IMG/VR virus record: IMGVR_UViG_3300028072_000009
Location: 1-43,476 of that record
Direction: 5' to 3' (one strand)
Length of the DNA: 43,476 bases
Source: a virus
Lineage: Duplodnaviria > Caudoviricetes
Position 1 is the stretch's first letter; each line of letters opens with the position of its first letter. This document shows, piece by piece, positions 1-9,538 of the stretch. The position numbers and the translations under genes were made by a program. The notes beneath the pieces are model-generated. The model ran no database searches. It was not told where the DNA came from and saw nothing but the letters and a program-made list of their open reading frames with translations.

Positions 1-126
1 GGACCAGAAGTGTGACGAGCAGAGAGATCATGGCGCTCTCCTTATGGCACCGGCTCTAGGAGCCGCCGTCGCGCGCCTTCCCGCTGGCGCTTCTCTGCCC
101 CGGTGTAGTCGTACCCGGCAGCCGGG
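1..126. repeat. Terminal direct repeat, copy 1 (circular assembly overlap)
   Basis: Bases 1-126 are identical to 43340-43465, implying a 43,339-bp circular unit. Confidence 0.95.
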
Positions 127-3059
127 CCTTGCCGCCCGGCTTGCAGCGATGCCTCTAGCGCTCGCTCGGCCAGCGGCATGTTGTCAGGGGTGGCTTTCAT
201 CATGATGGCGCGGGCAAAGGCAGGGTTCTGCACCGCTTCGGCCAAGACATCGTTGACGCCGTTGATGCCGCGCGATCGCAATATCGCCATCGTTTTGGCG
301 GCCAGACCGGCGGCGGCGGCCGTCGGCTCGACCATCGCCGCCCCCATCAGGACTGGCGGGCTCAGCATCTCCCCGATATCACCGCGCTTGCCTTCCATGA
401 CGGCGCGAAACAGGCTGGCATAGGAGCTCGGCGTGCCGCCCTTGTTGGCGCCGGCCATGACCGGAGATCCCGGCTTGCTGCGCTGCAGATCGGCATCGAT
501 CGCCCGCAGTACCTTCATGCCGTCCTCGCCCAGCGCAATCTCCAGCGCGGCGGCTTTGTCGTTAAGAAAGCCGCGGAACACCCGCGGGTTGATTTGGCCG
601 CTTTGCGCGTCAACAAAGCGGTTCGAGGTCAGGAAGTTGACGACGGCGCGCTTTAGCCCGGCCTCGGCGGCGGCGTCGCCGGCAATCTTGCCTTTGAGCA
701 GCATCAGATCCGGCACGGCGTTATTGCCCGACAGCATGCTGGCGATCTGCGGGCCGGGATCTCCCTTCAGCACCTTGCCGATCGAGCCGGCCTCGAACGA
801 GTCTCGCTCGGCCTTTTGCGCCTGCGCCAGCGTCGTCATCTCGGCTGACTGCGCCACCGTCTCGGCCTTCTGCGTGCGGGTTAGATCGTCGATCGCGCGC
901 TGTGCCTGGCCGACATTACCGATCTCGGCATCCAACCCCGGCGCCGCGCGCAGTGCGCCCTGGCGGTTACTTCGCCAGGTCGTCAGCATGTCGTCGGTGA
1001 GCGGGCGGCCTTTGGCGAAGCGGTAGAGGTCGTCGACTAGCGCGCCACGCAGGCTCTCCTGCGAGCCGCCGGCCGCAAGGTGGGCCTCGGCTGTCGAGTT
1101 GTTCTGCAGGATCCGGGTGGCGACGTTTTCCGGCAGCATCCGGTAGCCGCCAGCATTTTGGCCGCCCTGCAATATGTCGCCGACGGTGCTGTTCTTGAAC
1201 GTCTCGGCGTGCTGCTTCCAATAATCCTGCCTCTGGCGGTAGAGGGCGCCAGTGGCGTCATCCAAGCCCGCGACGTGCGGCTCCAAGGTCTCGTCTAGCT
1301 TCTGCCGTAGCTGCACCAGGCGGGGCACCGAGCGCTGGTCGGCATTTGGATCCAATCCCTGCTGCACCCGGCGCACTTCGTCGGTTATCTGCGAGCGTAG
1401 GGATAGCGTCTCGGCCAGGGGCATCGCCTTGCCCTGCATCAGGGCTTTATCAAAGATCTCCAGCTCCTTGCCCGTCTGCGCCGCGTCGTTCTTCAGCATC
1501 CCCTTTTGAATAGCCCGGGCAGCTGCCGCGGTGGCGGTCTGATCGGTAGTGGCGTCGGCGGCTGCCAGTTGCTCGTTGAGCGCCACGCCACCCTGTTTGG
1601 AGGTAGCCTTCCCCGCCGCCTGCTCGCCGCGGATCAGGTCGCCGCGCTCTTCGGCAGTGAGATCCCGCCCGAGGCGGGCTTGCTCCGATTGCAATCTCTG
1701 CTGAGCCGCCTGCGTGGCGGCCTCCTGGCTCGTCGCGAGGTCCGCGCCCCGCTGCTGACCAGCCGCAGTCTCCGCCGCTTGCGTCGTCTCCAGGTTGCGC
1801 TGCGCTGTCTCCAGCGGCACCTTTACATTGTAGGGATCCGCCGTCGGATCCGCCTGCCCGCGTAGCGCTGCGGTGCGCGCGTCCGACTGTGCCCCCACCT
1901 TCCTGGCGAGATCCTGCTCAGCTTGCGTCCATGTGTTGGGATCTTTCTTCAGGATCCCCGCCACCAGCCGGTTCTCCAGAGCCTGGATCCCCGGATCCTC
2001 GGTGATCTGCCCGACGGTGGGGCGGGCCGGCATGCCGGCTTCCTGCCCCGGCAGCAATACCCCGGCGTTGGGATCGGTGCGGGCGGCGTCGTCTGCTAGG
2101 CGCTGCTCCAGCTGTTGCTTCGGCGTCAGGTTGCGCGGCCCGGTTTCCCACCGCGGGCCCGGAGGCGGCGGAGCGGGTGGCGGGGCTGGTGGGCCTTGGG
2201 TAGAGGCGACATCCTGCACGGCCGCCGGATCCTTCGCCGCATCAAGCAGCTGCCGGCCTGCCGCGGCCTCCTGCCCAGGACGCAATTGCGGCCCGAAGAA
2301 GCGGCCCAAACTGCGCAGCCCGGCGGTGCCGGCGGTGATGGCGGCCGGCAGGGCGGTGCCGAGCGCGGCGCCCATCATGCCGCCCTGCTTGGCGCCTTCG
2401 AGCGCGGCCTGTCCCCCCGCGGGGGCCTCGTCGATTGCCCCGGACACGGCTCCGGTGGTGCCGCCAAGGAGGCCGCCGAGGCCGAGCGATGCGCCAAGCC
2501 GCCCGAGCCCGGAGGGGATCTGCGCGATGGCTTGGCCGGCTCGGGCGATCCCCGGCAAGGGCATGGCGACGCCGCCGACCACATTGCCGGCGATGTTGGC
2601 TGCCGGGTACTGCGTGGCGAACTCGTCGCGCGCGGTCTTTACTTCACCCGCGCCGGTGCCCCACGGTTGCCCGGTGATGATGTCGCGCTGGTAGCCGCGG
2701 GCGACATCGCCGGCGCCGAGCGTCGCGCCGTGCAAACCGGCATCGACCGCGTTGTATGTCTCCGGCATGCCGATATACGGCCCGACATAGCGCAAGATAT
2801 TGCCGACGGCTTGATCGAGTCCGGTCTGCGCCCCGGCGAGGGAGCGCCGGTCTGTCGGCGGCGGCGCCGGCTGCCCGGTGATCTGCGCCTCGGACGGCAG
2901 AGTGCCGGCCTCGCCCTTCTTGGCGATCGTCTCGGCGCGCTGCTGCCAGGGTTGCTCGGCGGGCGGCACGGCAGCGCCCGGCGTCGGGGCTGCGGCGGCG
3001 GCAGCCTTCTCCGCCTCATCGATGATCCGCTGGCTGCGGGCGAGCCAATCTTCTGCCAT
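42..3059 (-). CDS. Large internal virion / DNA ejection protein
   Basis: 1005 aa, Ala/Gly/Gln-rich with glycine-zipper segments; last of three large genes after the tail nozzle, the usual position of podovirus ejection proteins. Confidence 0.7.
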   Translation of the reverse strand: MAEDWLARSQRIIDEAEKAAAAAAPTPGAAVPPAEQPWQQRAETIAKKGEAGTLPSEAQITGQPAPPPTDRRSLAGAQTGLDQAVGNILRYVGPYIGMPETYNAVDAGLHGATLGAGDVARGYQRDIITGQPWGTGAGEVKTARDEFATQYPAANIAGNVVGGVAMPLPGIARAGQAIAQIPSGLGRLGASLGLGGLLGGTTGAVSGAIDEAPAGGQAALEGAKQGGMMGAALGTALPAAITAGTAGLRSLGRFFGPQLRPGQEAAAGRQLLDAAKDPAAVQDVASTQGPPAPPPAPPPPGPRWETGPRNLTPKQQLEQRLADDAARTDPNAGVLLPGQEAGMPARPTVGQITEDPGIQALENRLVAGILKKDPNTWTQAEQDLARKVGAQSDARTAALRGQADPTADPYNVKVPLETAQRNLETTQAAETAAGQQRGADLATSQEAATQAAQQRLQSEQARLGRDLTAEERGDLIRGEQAAGKATSKQGGVALNEQLAAADATTDQTATAAAARAIQKGMLKNDAAQTGKELEIFDKALMQGKAMPLAETLSLRSQITDEVRRVQQGLDPNADQRSVPRLVQLRQKLDETLEPHVAGLDDATGALYRQRQDYWKQHAETFKNSTVGDILQGGQNAGGYRMLPENVATRILQNNSTAEAHLAAGGSQESLRGALVDDLYRFAKGRPLTDDMLTTWRSNRQGALRAAPGLDAEIGNVGQAQRAIDDLTRTQKAETVAQSAEMTTLAQAQKAERDSFEAGSIGKVLKGDPGPQIASMLSGNNAVPDLMLLKGKIAGDAAAEAGLKRAVVNFLTSNRFVDAQSGQINPRVFRGFLNDKAAALEIALGEDGMKVLRAIDADLQRSKPGSPVMAGANKGGTPSSYASLFRAVMEGKRGDIGEMLSPPVLMGAAMVEPTAAAAGLAAKTMAILRSRGINGVNDVLAEAVQNPAFARAIMMKATPDNMPLAERALEASLQAGRQGPAAGYDYTGAEKRQREGARRRLLEPVP

Positions 3060-3060
3060 G

Positions 3061-6000
3061 TCACTGGTGCCAGTTGCGGTTGGCGATCATCTCGGCCTGC
3101 GAGATCAGGCGTCGCGCAGCTGCCGGGTCGGCCTTGGCGAGGCGGGCCATGTAGGCGTCCTTGTCGGGTTCCGACATGCGCAGGAAGACAAAGGGAATCG
3201 CCGAGATCGAATCGTCGAAGCCCTGCGGGTCGTTCCTATTGCTCCTCATGTGATTGTCCAAGGCCCGCTGGCGGTACACCTGCCAATCCTCGATGCCCTG
3301 CATGTATTTGAGCTCGGCCTTGTAGCCCTTCTCGGAAGTTTCCGGCGTCGGGAACGAGGCGTTGAGCGCGACCTGCTGGCGTTCCGTCGGGTTCGGATCA
3401 GACGCGCGCAACGCCGCCCGCACCCGCTGGCCCATCAGATACTGAGCCTGCTCGTAGCTTGCGACGTGGTCGCTATTCCACCCGAGGACTGACTGCGTCA
3501 GTCGGTTGAAAGCTTGCTTGCCAGGCGCCAGCGGGCCTTGCCAGTCAAGGGCGCCGCCGCGCAATAGGAACTCGGTATCCGGGCGGCTGCGAGTGGCGGC
3601 TTTGCCGGCCTCTTGGATCTCGTCGACCGTCTTGATCTGGCTCCGGCCCAGCCCCTTCTGCACCTCTTCCAAGCGCGGGCTCTCGCCGGAGAGGACACCC
3701 GGCACAGGAGCAGCGCCGGCGGCCCCCGGAGAGGCGGCAGCGCCGGGAGCGATCCCGGCGGCGGCATCGCGCTCGGCATCCAGTTGCTTGGGCGATACCC
3801 AGCGAGTGTAGGACTTGCCGTCCGGGCCGAGGATCTTCACCTCGCGCGGGGTTTCCTGCTCCTTGCGGATCGCCTCGTCCGTTTTGTGGGTTTCGCCTCG
3901 CCTCAGGGATGGTTCCTGCCCCTCGGCCTGCGCCTGGGCGATCGGCCCCGCTGTCGTCAGGCTAAGGATCGATTTATACTGCTCGTGGATATTCGTATAC
4001 ATCGCGTTCATCTGGTCTTTGGTCAGACCGCGCTGGAACGCCAGCGTCTCTTTCTGTTGATCGGTCAGCGCATCCCAGCGCTTCTGCGCGGCGGTGAGCG
4101 ATGCCTCAAAACTCTTGTTCTGCAGCTCGATCGGCTGCCGCGCCTCGGCTTCGGCCGCAGCGGTACGGCCCGCGATCTCGATCCCGGCTTCTTTCTGCAG
4201 AAAGTCGGGGACATGCACGCCCATCATCGTCAAACCGAGCACGACGCCCTGCGCCTGGCGGGCGCGCTGCGCCACCTCTGGCGACACGGCGGGAGGCGCG
4301 CCGCCGGCAGCCCGCGGGATGACCGGACGCGCCGGGACACCGGGCTGCTCGGGTGCTGCCGGCAATGGTTGCGCTTGCGGCATCGTCGGCGGCCCGACCG
4401 GCGGCGCCGGCAGCGTCACCGTCATGGCCCCCGGCACCGGAGCCGCCCCGGCTGCGCCAGGAGGCGACGGCATCCCCACCGACGCAGCACCTGGCGGGCC
4501 GCCAGCAGCGGGCGGCGGCGGCACGGGAGGCGCGGCCATGACACTCGGCACTGGCGGCGCACCAGCTGGCGGCCCGCGGAGGACGCCGGAGCCAAATGTC
4601 GGGCCGGCAGGAGGCCCCGCCGGGACAGCCTCGCCCGAAAGCGGCTCCACATTTATCGGCCTGTCGTTGCCTTGCACCGGGACAGGGGGCTTCCAACCGT
4701 AACCGCCGGGCTCGTAGCGCAGTCCGCCGCCAAGCCCGCCGCCCATCACTGACGGGGCGGGTGCGGGTGTGCGGGGATCGGGCGGCAGAACGCGGTTCCC
4801 CACCTGCGTCTGCTCGGGGCCACCCGTGCCGGGAGCAGCTGGTGCATAGGAGGCGCCCTGGTTGCTGGCGAACATGCCCGCGAAGTCAGGCACGGCAGAC
4901 AAAGCGGTGGTGGCTGCCGGGGTGCCGCCGCGCTCGCCGATGCCGGTAAATCCGGTGATGCCGAGCTTCTTGGCGCCGTTCCAATCGCCCCAGCCGTTTT
5001 TTGCCGCGTGCTGCAGCGCGTAGGTAATCGTCGCCTGTTCGTTTTTCGGATCGAGCGGATCAAGTCCAGTGTCGCGTTGGAACAGGTTGCCGACGCCGCC
5101 CCCGGTGTAGAGCTGAAACGCACCGCCGGATTTGCCGCCATCTCCCGAGAAAGTGCCAAGCCCCTCCGATTGTGCCACCCGCACGGCGATATCGGGGTCG
5201 ATGTTGAGCCGCGCCGCCTCGGCTCGGATGTACGGTTCCATGCCCCGCGGATCAGCGCCGCCCCCGCCAGACGCCGCCGCGGGTGGCGTGGTACCGCTGC
5301 CGCCGGATCCCGCCGCCGCATCGGCCGGCGTCACCACGCCCGGTCGGCCTTGGTTCATCCATTGCTGGGTGACCTCGTAGCCTTTCTTTTTGAACTCGAT
5401 CTCCGCGAGCTTGCTTTGCGCGGTGGCACGGTGTTGCGCGGCCTCGTCGAACTCGGTGCCGAATTTCTGCTGCCCGAGTAATCCCGCGCCCAGCGCGCTG
5501 CCGAAATTGCGCGGCTCCAGCGAGGGGCCGCCGCCCTGCAATAGCCCGGCCCATAGGCCCATCATGGATTGCGACCGCTTTGCCCGGTCGTACTCGGTCG
5601 GGTCCATGTAGCCGGCCTGGTCGAGCAGTCCCGGTGTCACACCGCCGCTGAGCGCGTTGAAGATGTCGCCGATCCCTGCCATGCGCTGCGGTCCTTGGGG
5701 TGCTTGGGTTGAGCCAGTGCCGGTACTGCCTATCGGCAGCCGGCCACCGCCTGGCGAGATCGCTTCCAGGTGGTTGATTTCCCGCGGATCCTTTGGATAG
5801 AGCGGGAAGCCGACACCGTACTGAGGGTTCGCGCGGATCCAGGCGAGCACCTCGGGATCCTTCACGAGATCCAGCGCCGCCCCGGTCCCTGGCGGCCCGG
5901 TGCCGGCCCCGTGGCGGCTGTTGGGCGCGTCCGGGTTGACCTCCATCTGGCGGTCGCGGTCGCGGTAACCGCTGATGATCGCCAGCCGCCCGCGCAGATG

Positions 6001-6498
6001 CTCGGGCATCGCCTGCGCCATCTGCAGGAAGCGGTTCGAGAGATCGGAGCCGACGCCCTCGACGCTCGACGCGCCGCCCATGCGCGCATTACCTGTGGCC
6101 CACGGAGCCAGCGCGGCAGTTGCCTGGCGCAGCGTCGACTCATCCTCGGGGGGTGGCGCGGCGCCCTCGCCAAACCGGGGCGTGCTATCGGCAAAGGACG
6201 GGGGCTCGCCGGCCGGCAGCACGACATCGCCCGCGGGAGCCGGGCGCGGCGCGGCAAAGATGGATGGATCGCGTTGCTGCCCCCAGTTCTCGGCGCCGGG
6301 GGAGAAGAACGGCACCTGCCCGCTGCTGGCCCGCAGCAGCTGGTCTTGCGGCGGCAGCGCTCCGAAGGGGGTGGCGCCGTCCTGGGGTCGCCCTGCAGCC
6401 GCTAGCCGCAGGAAACCCGGCATCGCGGGGCGAGGGACAAAGTTGTACCAGTTCGGCACGTCCTCCGGCGATGACCACCAATCGTCGTAGGCAGCCAT
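3061..6498 (-). CDS. Internal virion protein with M15-type peptidase and lytic transglycosylase-like domains
   Basis: IISGYR..SRH..ALDL..E.NHLE (M15 Zn-peptidase pattern) and YIRAEAARLNIDPDIAVRVAQSEG..GAFQL (lysozyme/SLT-like pattern), joined by Pro/Ala/Gly linkers. Confidence 0.75.
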   Translation of the reverse strand: MAAYDDWWSSPEDVPNWYNFVPRPAMPGFLRLAAAGRPQDGATPFGALPPQDQLLRASSGQVPFFSPGAENWGQQRDPSIFAAPRPAPAGDVVLPAGEPPSFADSTPRFGEGAAPPPEDESTLRQATAALAPWATGNARMGGASSVEGVGSDLSNRFLQMAQAMPEHLRGRLAIISGYRDRDRQMEVNPDAPNSRHGAGTGPPGTGAALDLVKDPEVLAWIRANPQYGVGFPLYPKDPREINHLEAISPGGGRLPIGSTGTGSTQAPQGPQRMAGIGDIFNALSGGVTPGLLDQAGYMDPTEYDRAKRSQSMMGLWAGLLQGGGPSLEPRNFGSALGAGLLGQQKFGTEFDEAAQHRATAQSKLAEIEFKKKGYEVTQQWMNQGRPGVVTPADAAAGSGGSGTTPPAAASGGGGADPRGMEPYIRAEAARLNIDPDIAVRVAQSEGLGTFSGDGGKSGGAFQLYTGGGVGNLFQRDTGLDPLDPKNEQATITYALQHAAKNGWGDWNGAKKLGITGFTGIGERGGTPAATTALSAVPDFAGMFASNQGASYAPAAPGTGGPEQTQVGNRVLPPDPRTPAPAPSVMGGGLGGGLRYEPGGYGWKPPVPVQGNDRPINVEPLSGEAVPAGPPAGPTFGSGVLRGPPAGAPPVPSVMAAPPVPPPPAAGGPPGAASVGMPSPPGAAGAAPVPGAMTVTLPAPPVGPPTMPQAQPLPAAPEQPGVPARPVIPRAAGGAPPAVSPEVAQRARQAQGVVLGLTMMGVHVPDFLQKEAGIEIAGRTAAAEAEARQPIELQNKSFEASLTAAQKRWDALTDQQKETLAFQRGLTKDQMNAMYTNIHEQYKSILSLTTAGPIAQAQAEGQEPSLRRGETHKTDEAIRKEQETPREVKILGPDGKSYTRWVSPKQLDAERDAAAGIAPGAAASPGAAGAAPVPGVLSGESPRLEEVQKGLGRSQIKTVDEIQEAGKAATRSRPDTEFLLRGGALDWQGPLAPGKQAFNRLTQSVLGWNSDHVASYEQAQYLMGQRVRAALRASDPNPTERQQVALNASFPTPETSEKGYKAELKYMQGIEDWQVYRQRALDNHMRSNRNDPQGFDDSISAIPFVFLRMSEPDKDAYMARLAKADPAAARRLISQAEMIANRNWHQ

Positions 6499-6501
6499 GC
6501 C

Positions 6502-8625
6502 CTACTCCCGCAGCGCCGCCCCGATCGCGCCGGCGTAATCCACGGCTTTGAACCCGAGGTTGGTAGTCTGCACCGCGCTGGGGGCGATGCGCTCGACCTC
6601 GTCGGCCATAAAGCCGATGCGGCGGGTGGGATCGCCCCGATAGCGGAAGGTGTGCAGCGGCAATGCCCCGACATTGCCCACCTGTTGGACGTCTTCCTTG
6701 AGGCGACGATCGGAGCCAAAGAAAGGCAGAATGCTCGTTGCGGTTCGGCCGATGCCGCCGAAGATATCGCCGATGCCCTTGCCGCCGCCGCCGCTGCTCA
6801 CAACGTCGCCGCCGCCACCGTAATTGCCATTCCCCCAGTAGTTGCCGCCGCCACTGTCCCCGGTGTTGCCGGTGTAGTCGCCGCTGTAGCTGCCGGTGTA
6901 GCTGCCGGGAACATAGCCGCCGCTGCTGCCGCCACGGCTGCCGCCTCCCAGCTGGCCGAGCAGATTGGCGCCGGCCCCGAGCATGCCGATCGTCTGCGCC
7001 GCCGGGCTGCCGTAGATCGGTTGCTGGGAGACTTCCGAGCGGCCGGTTGGCTGCCCCAGCAGAGACATGTAGTTCTGCAAATTCGTCCAGGGCGCGGCTT
7101 GCTGTTCTTTCCACGCCTGCATGGCGCTGTCGATTTTCGGCTGATCGATGGCCGCCAACCCGGCGCCGGCCTGCGTCATCGCCTGCGGCCCCGCCAGCGA
7201 TGCCTGAATCATCCCGGGCGCCATCCCGGCGCCCTGCAGGGCCCGCCCGGTGCCCGTGTCGTAACCCTGCTGCAGCGTGTTCAGCGCATTCTGCATGCTG
7301 GTCGCGTCGGCCAAGCTCAGTTGCCCGGACTTGTAGGCGCTGTCGATTCCCTGGCCGTACCCGGTGAGGCCGAGCGCGCCGCCTTGGTAGAGATTTTGTC
7401 CCTGCTGCTGCAAACCCTGCAGGCCAAGCTGGCCGCCCTGCGACAGGTTTTGCCCGTATTGGTTATAGCCCTGCAGCCCAGCTTGGGCCGCCGCCGCCTG
7501 GTTCTGCCCCTGCTGCTGCAGCCCCTGCAATGACAAGCCACCGGCTGAGGTCAGCCCTTGCTGCTGTAGCTGCTGCGCGTTGAGCCCGGCCTGCGCTGCC
7601 GCTTGCGCCGCGCTCGTCGATTGCCCGAGGCCGGAGAGGTATTGCTGGCCCAGCGTGCTGGTGGCTTGGTTCTGCAGCTGGCGTTCTTGGTTGTAGGCGT
7701 TGCCGTAAATGTCGGCGCCCATGTTGCCGAGGGCCTTGCCGAGGTTTTGTTGGTTCTGCCCTACAGCGTTGCTGAGCGAGGGGCTGCCGTAGCGACCGGC
7801 GGCGGCATACGAGCTTTCGGTGCGGGGTGCGGTGGCTGTCGTATACGCCCGACTGGTGGCATCCGAGGCCGAGCGGTACATGTCGTTGAGGTACGGGTTG
7901 CTGCCGACATAGGCGCCCGAGCTCTGCGCCATCAGCTGCTGCATCGCCGGGTTGAGGGCATTCGCGGTCGCAGAGTTAAAGCCTAGCTGGCTCTGGTAGG
8001 GGGAGATGCTGCCGGGGATCTGGGAGGCGTTCTGCGCCAGCTGTTGCCCGTAATTAGCCCCGGTCTGCCCCGCTTGCCCCGCGGTGTTGTTGAGCTGGTT
8101 GTATTGGTTGGCCCCTAGGTTGGAAGCCATCTGCCCGACCTGGGTCAGATTGCTGCCGTAATTGGCCCCCGTCTGCGACGCCTGCCCGCCAATCTGGCCC
8201 AGCTGATTGTAGGCATTCTGCCCAAAAGCCGCCCCGGTTTGGCCGTATTGGCCCAAGGCGACGCCGGATTGCGCCGCCTGCTGCTGCTGCGGCGAGGTGC
8301 CGTAGCCCTGGCTTGTAAGTCCGGCATAAGCGGGGCTGTTGGCGACACCGTACCCGCCGGCAGTGGCGTTGTAGTACGGATTGAGCGCGGCTTGAGATAT
8401 GCCGCTCGCGTTGACGCCGTAATTGTACGCGTCTTGATAGCCCTTGATCCGCTCAGGCTGCCCCCACTCCGTTACCCGCTGTCCCGGGAACGGCTGCTGC
8501 GGGACTTGCTCCAGCAGGTTTTGGGCACTCTCCCACCCGCCTGCCAGATAAGGGGCCTGAGCCTGGCGCAGCGGGTCCATGACGGTGCTGGTCTTGGTGC
8601 CGACCTGTGACGCGCCCTTACTCAT
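6502..8625 (-). CDS. DNA transfer/ejection protein with C-terminal peptidase S74-like domain
   Basis: Gln/Gly/Ala repeats; C-terminal SDRRLKEDV..FRY..GFMADEVE..P.AV..VDY motif. Confidence 0.75.
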   Translation of the reverse strand: MSKGASQVGTKTSTVMDPLRQAQAPYLAGGWESAQNLLEQVPQQPFPGQRVTEWGQPERIKGYQDAYNYGVNASGISQAALNPYYNATAGGYGVANSPAYAGLTSQGYGTSPQQQQAAQSGVALGQYGQTGAAFGQNAYNQLGQIGGQASQTGANYGSNLTQVGQMASNLGANQYNQLNNTAGQAGQTGANYGQQLAQNASQIPGSISPYQSQLGFNSATANALNPAMQQLMAQSSGAYVGSNPYLNDMYRSASDATSRAYTTATAPRTESSYAAAGRYGSPSLSNAVGQNQQNLGKALGNMGADIYGNAYNQERQLQNQATSTLGQQYLSGLGQSTSAAQAAAQAGLNAQQLQQQGLTSAGGLSLQGLQQQGQNQAAAAQAGLQGYNQYGQNLSQGGQLGLQGLQQQGQNLYQGGALGLTGYGQGIDSAYKSGQLSLADATSMQNALNTLQQGYDTGTGRALQGAGMAPGMIQASLAGPQAMTQAGAGLAAIDQPKIDSAMQAWKEQQAAPWTNLQNYMSLLGQPTGRSEVSQQPIYGSPAAQTIGMLGAGANLLGQLGGGSRGGSSGGYVPGSYTGSYSGDYTGNTGDSGGGNYWGNGNYGGGGDVVSSGGGGKGIGDIFGGIGRTATSILPFFGSDRRLKEDVQQVGNVGALPLHTFRYRGDPTRRIGFMADEVERIAPSAVQTTNLGFKAVDYAGAIGAALRE

Positions 8626-9097
8626 GGGGGACGATCCTTGTCATGTAGCCGCCGGCGATGCGGAAGCCGCCGGCCTTGCTCCAGCCGATCCGGCCGACGC
8701 CCGACAGCATGGTGGCACCCAGCGCGCGGGCCATCTCTTCGAGCTTGGCGGTAAAGAGCGGCGCCCACTCGCTAATGCCGGTGTCGTTGCCGGGGCGGCC
8801 GCCGATAAAACTGACGTCGAGCACCCGGCGCCGCGGGTAATCCCGCAGCTCCGTCACCGCGACGACCTGTAGCTGCCCGCGCTCGATAAAGAGCAGCGTG
8901 CAGCGTCCCTGACAGACCTGGATCAGCACATCCTCGGGTTCGTAGCACCCCTGCGTGCGCACGGTTGCTCTGCGGAGCAGGGGGAATATCTCGTTCCACC
9001 GACGCAGGATCTCGGCCAATGGTGGGGCGCGGACGGTAAACTCCGGCTCGATTCCGGGGACTTCAGCCAAGGCGGCCGCAAACCCCGCCGGGTTCAC
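8618..9097 (-). CDS. GNAT-like virion assembly protein
   Basis: VTELRDYPRRRVLDVSFIGG..LEEMARALGATMLSGVGRIGW pattern; precedes the ejection genes; overlapping start/stop with neighbours. Confidence 0.65.
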   Translation of the reverse strand: MNPAGFAAALAEVPGIEPEFTVRAPPLAEILRRWNEIFPLLRRATVRTQGCYEPEDVLIQVCQGRCTLLFIERGQLQVVAVTELRDYPRRRVLDVSFIGGRPGNDTGISEWAPLFTAKLEEMARALGATMLSGVGRIGWSKAGGFRIAGGYMTRIVPHE

Positions 9098-9480
9098 CCG
9101 AACACCGCCAGGCGAATGTCACGGGCTGCGGCGTCGGTGTTGTGGTGCAGCACGACCGAACCTGTATCCACCTCGAACCACATTGTGCCAAGCGCGCCGG
9201 CGCCGGCCGCGCTCAGAGCCATCGGCAGAATCACCGAGAACGCGCCAATGCGGCTGTCGGTGATCGTGGTGCTGGCGGTGCTGGCGGCGAGCGACGCATC
9301 GATGACGACATTTTGCTTGCCCTGAATAACGGAGTTGAGCCCGCGGGCGATGCGATCTAGCCATTCCGAGTAGTTCGTCGGCGACATATGGTCCGGCACC
9401 GGCGGCACCACCGGGCGCACCCCGCCACCGGAAACGGTACGGCTGGCGACGCGCAGGCGGGAGAGACGGGGCAGCGGCAT
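9094..9480 (-). CDS. Small tail-associated structural protein
   Basis: 128 aa from ATG 9480; short helix followed by beta-rich segment (ASLAASTASTTITDSRIG); start could instead be 9495. Confidence 0.6.
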   Translation of the reverse strand: MPLPRLSRLRVASRTVSGGGVRPVVPPVPDHMSPTNYSEWLDRIARGLNSVIQGKQNVVIDASLAASTASTTITDSRIGAFSVILPMALSAAGAGALGTMWFEVDTGSVVLHHNTDAAARDIRLAVFG

Positions 9481-9538
9481 TAGCGCAGCCGCCATTTTTT
9501 GGTGTGCGCGGGTGTCGGTAGCATGATAAACCCAAGAG

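Noticed and set aside
1-126. Biological direct terminal repeat
   Set aside because: It cuts through coding sequence and its length is typical of assembler overlap; treated only as evidence of circularity
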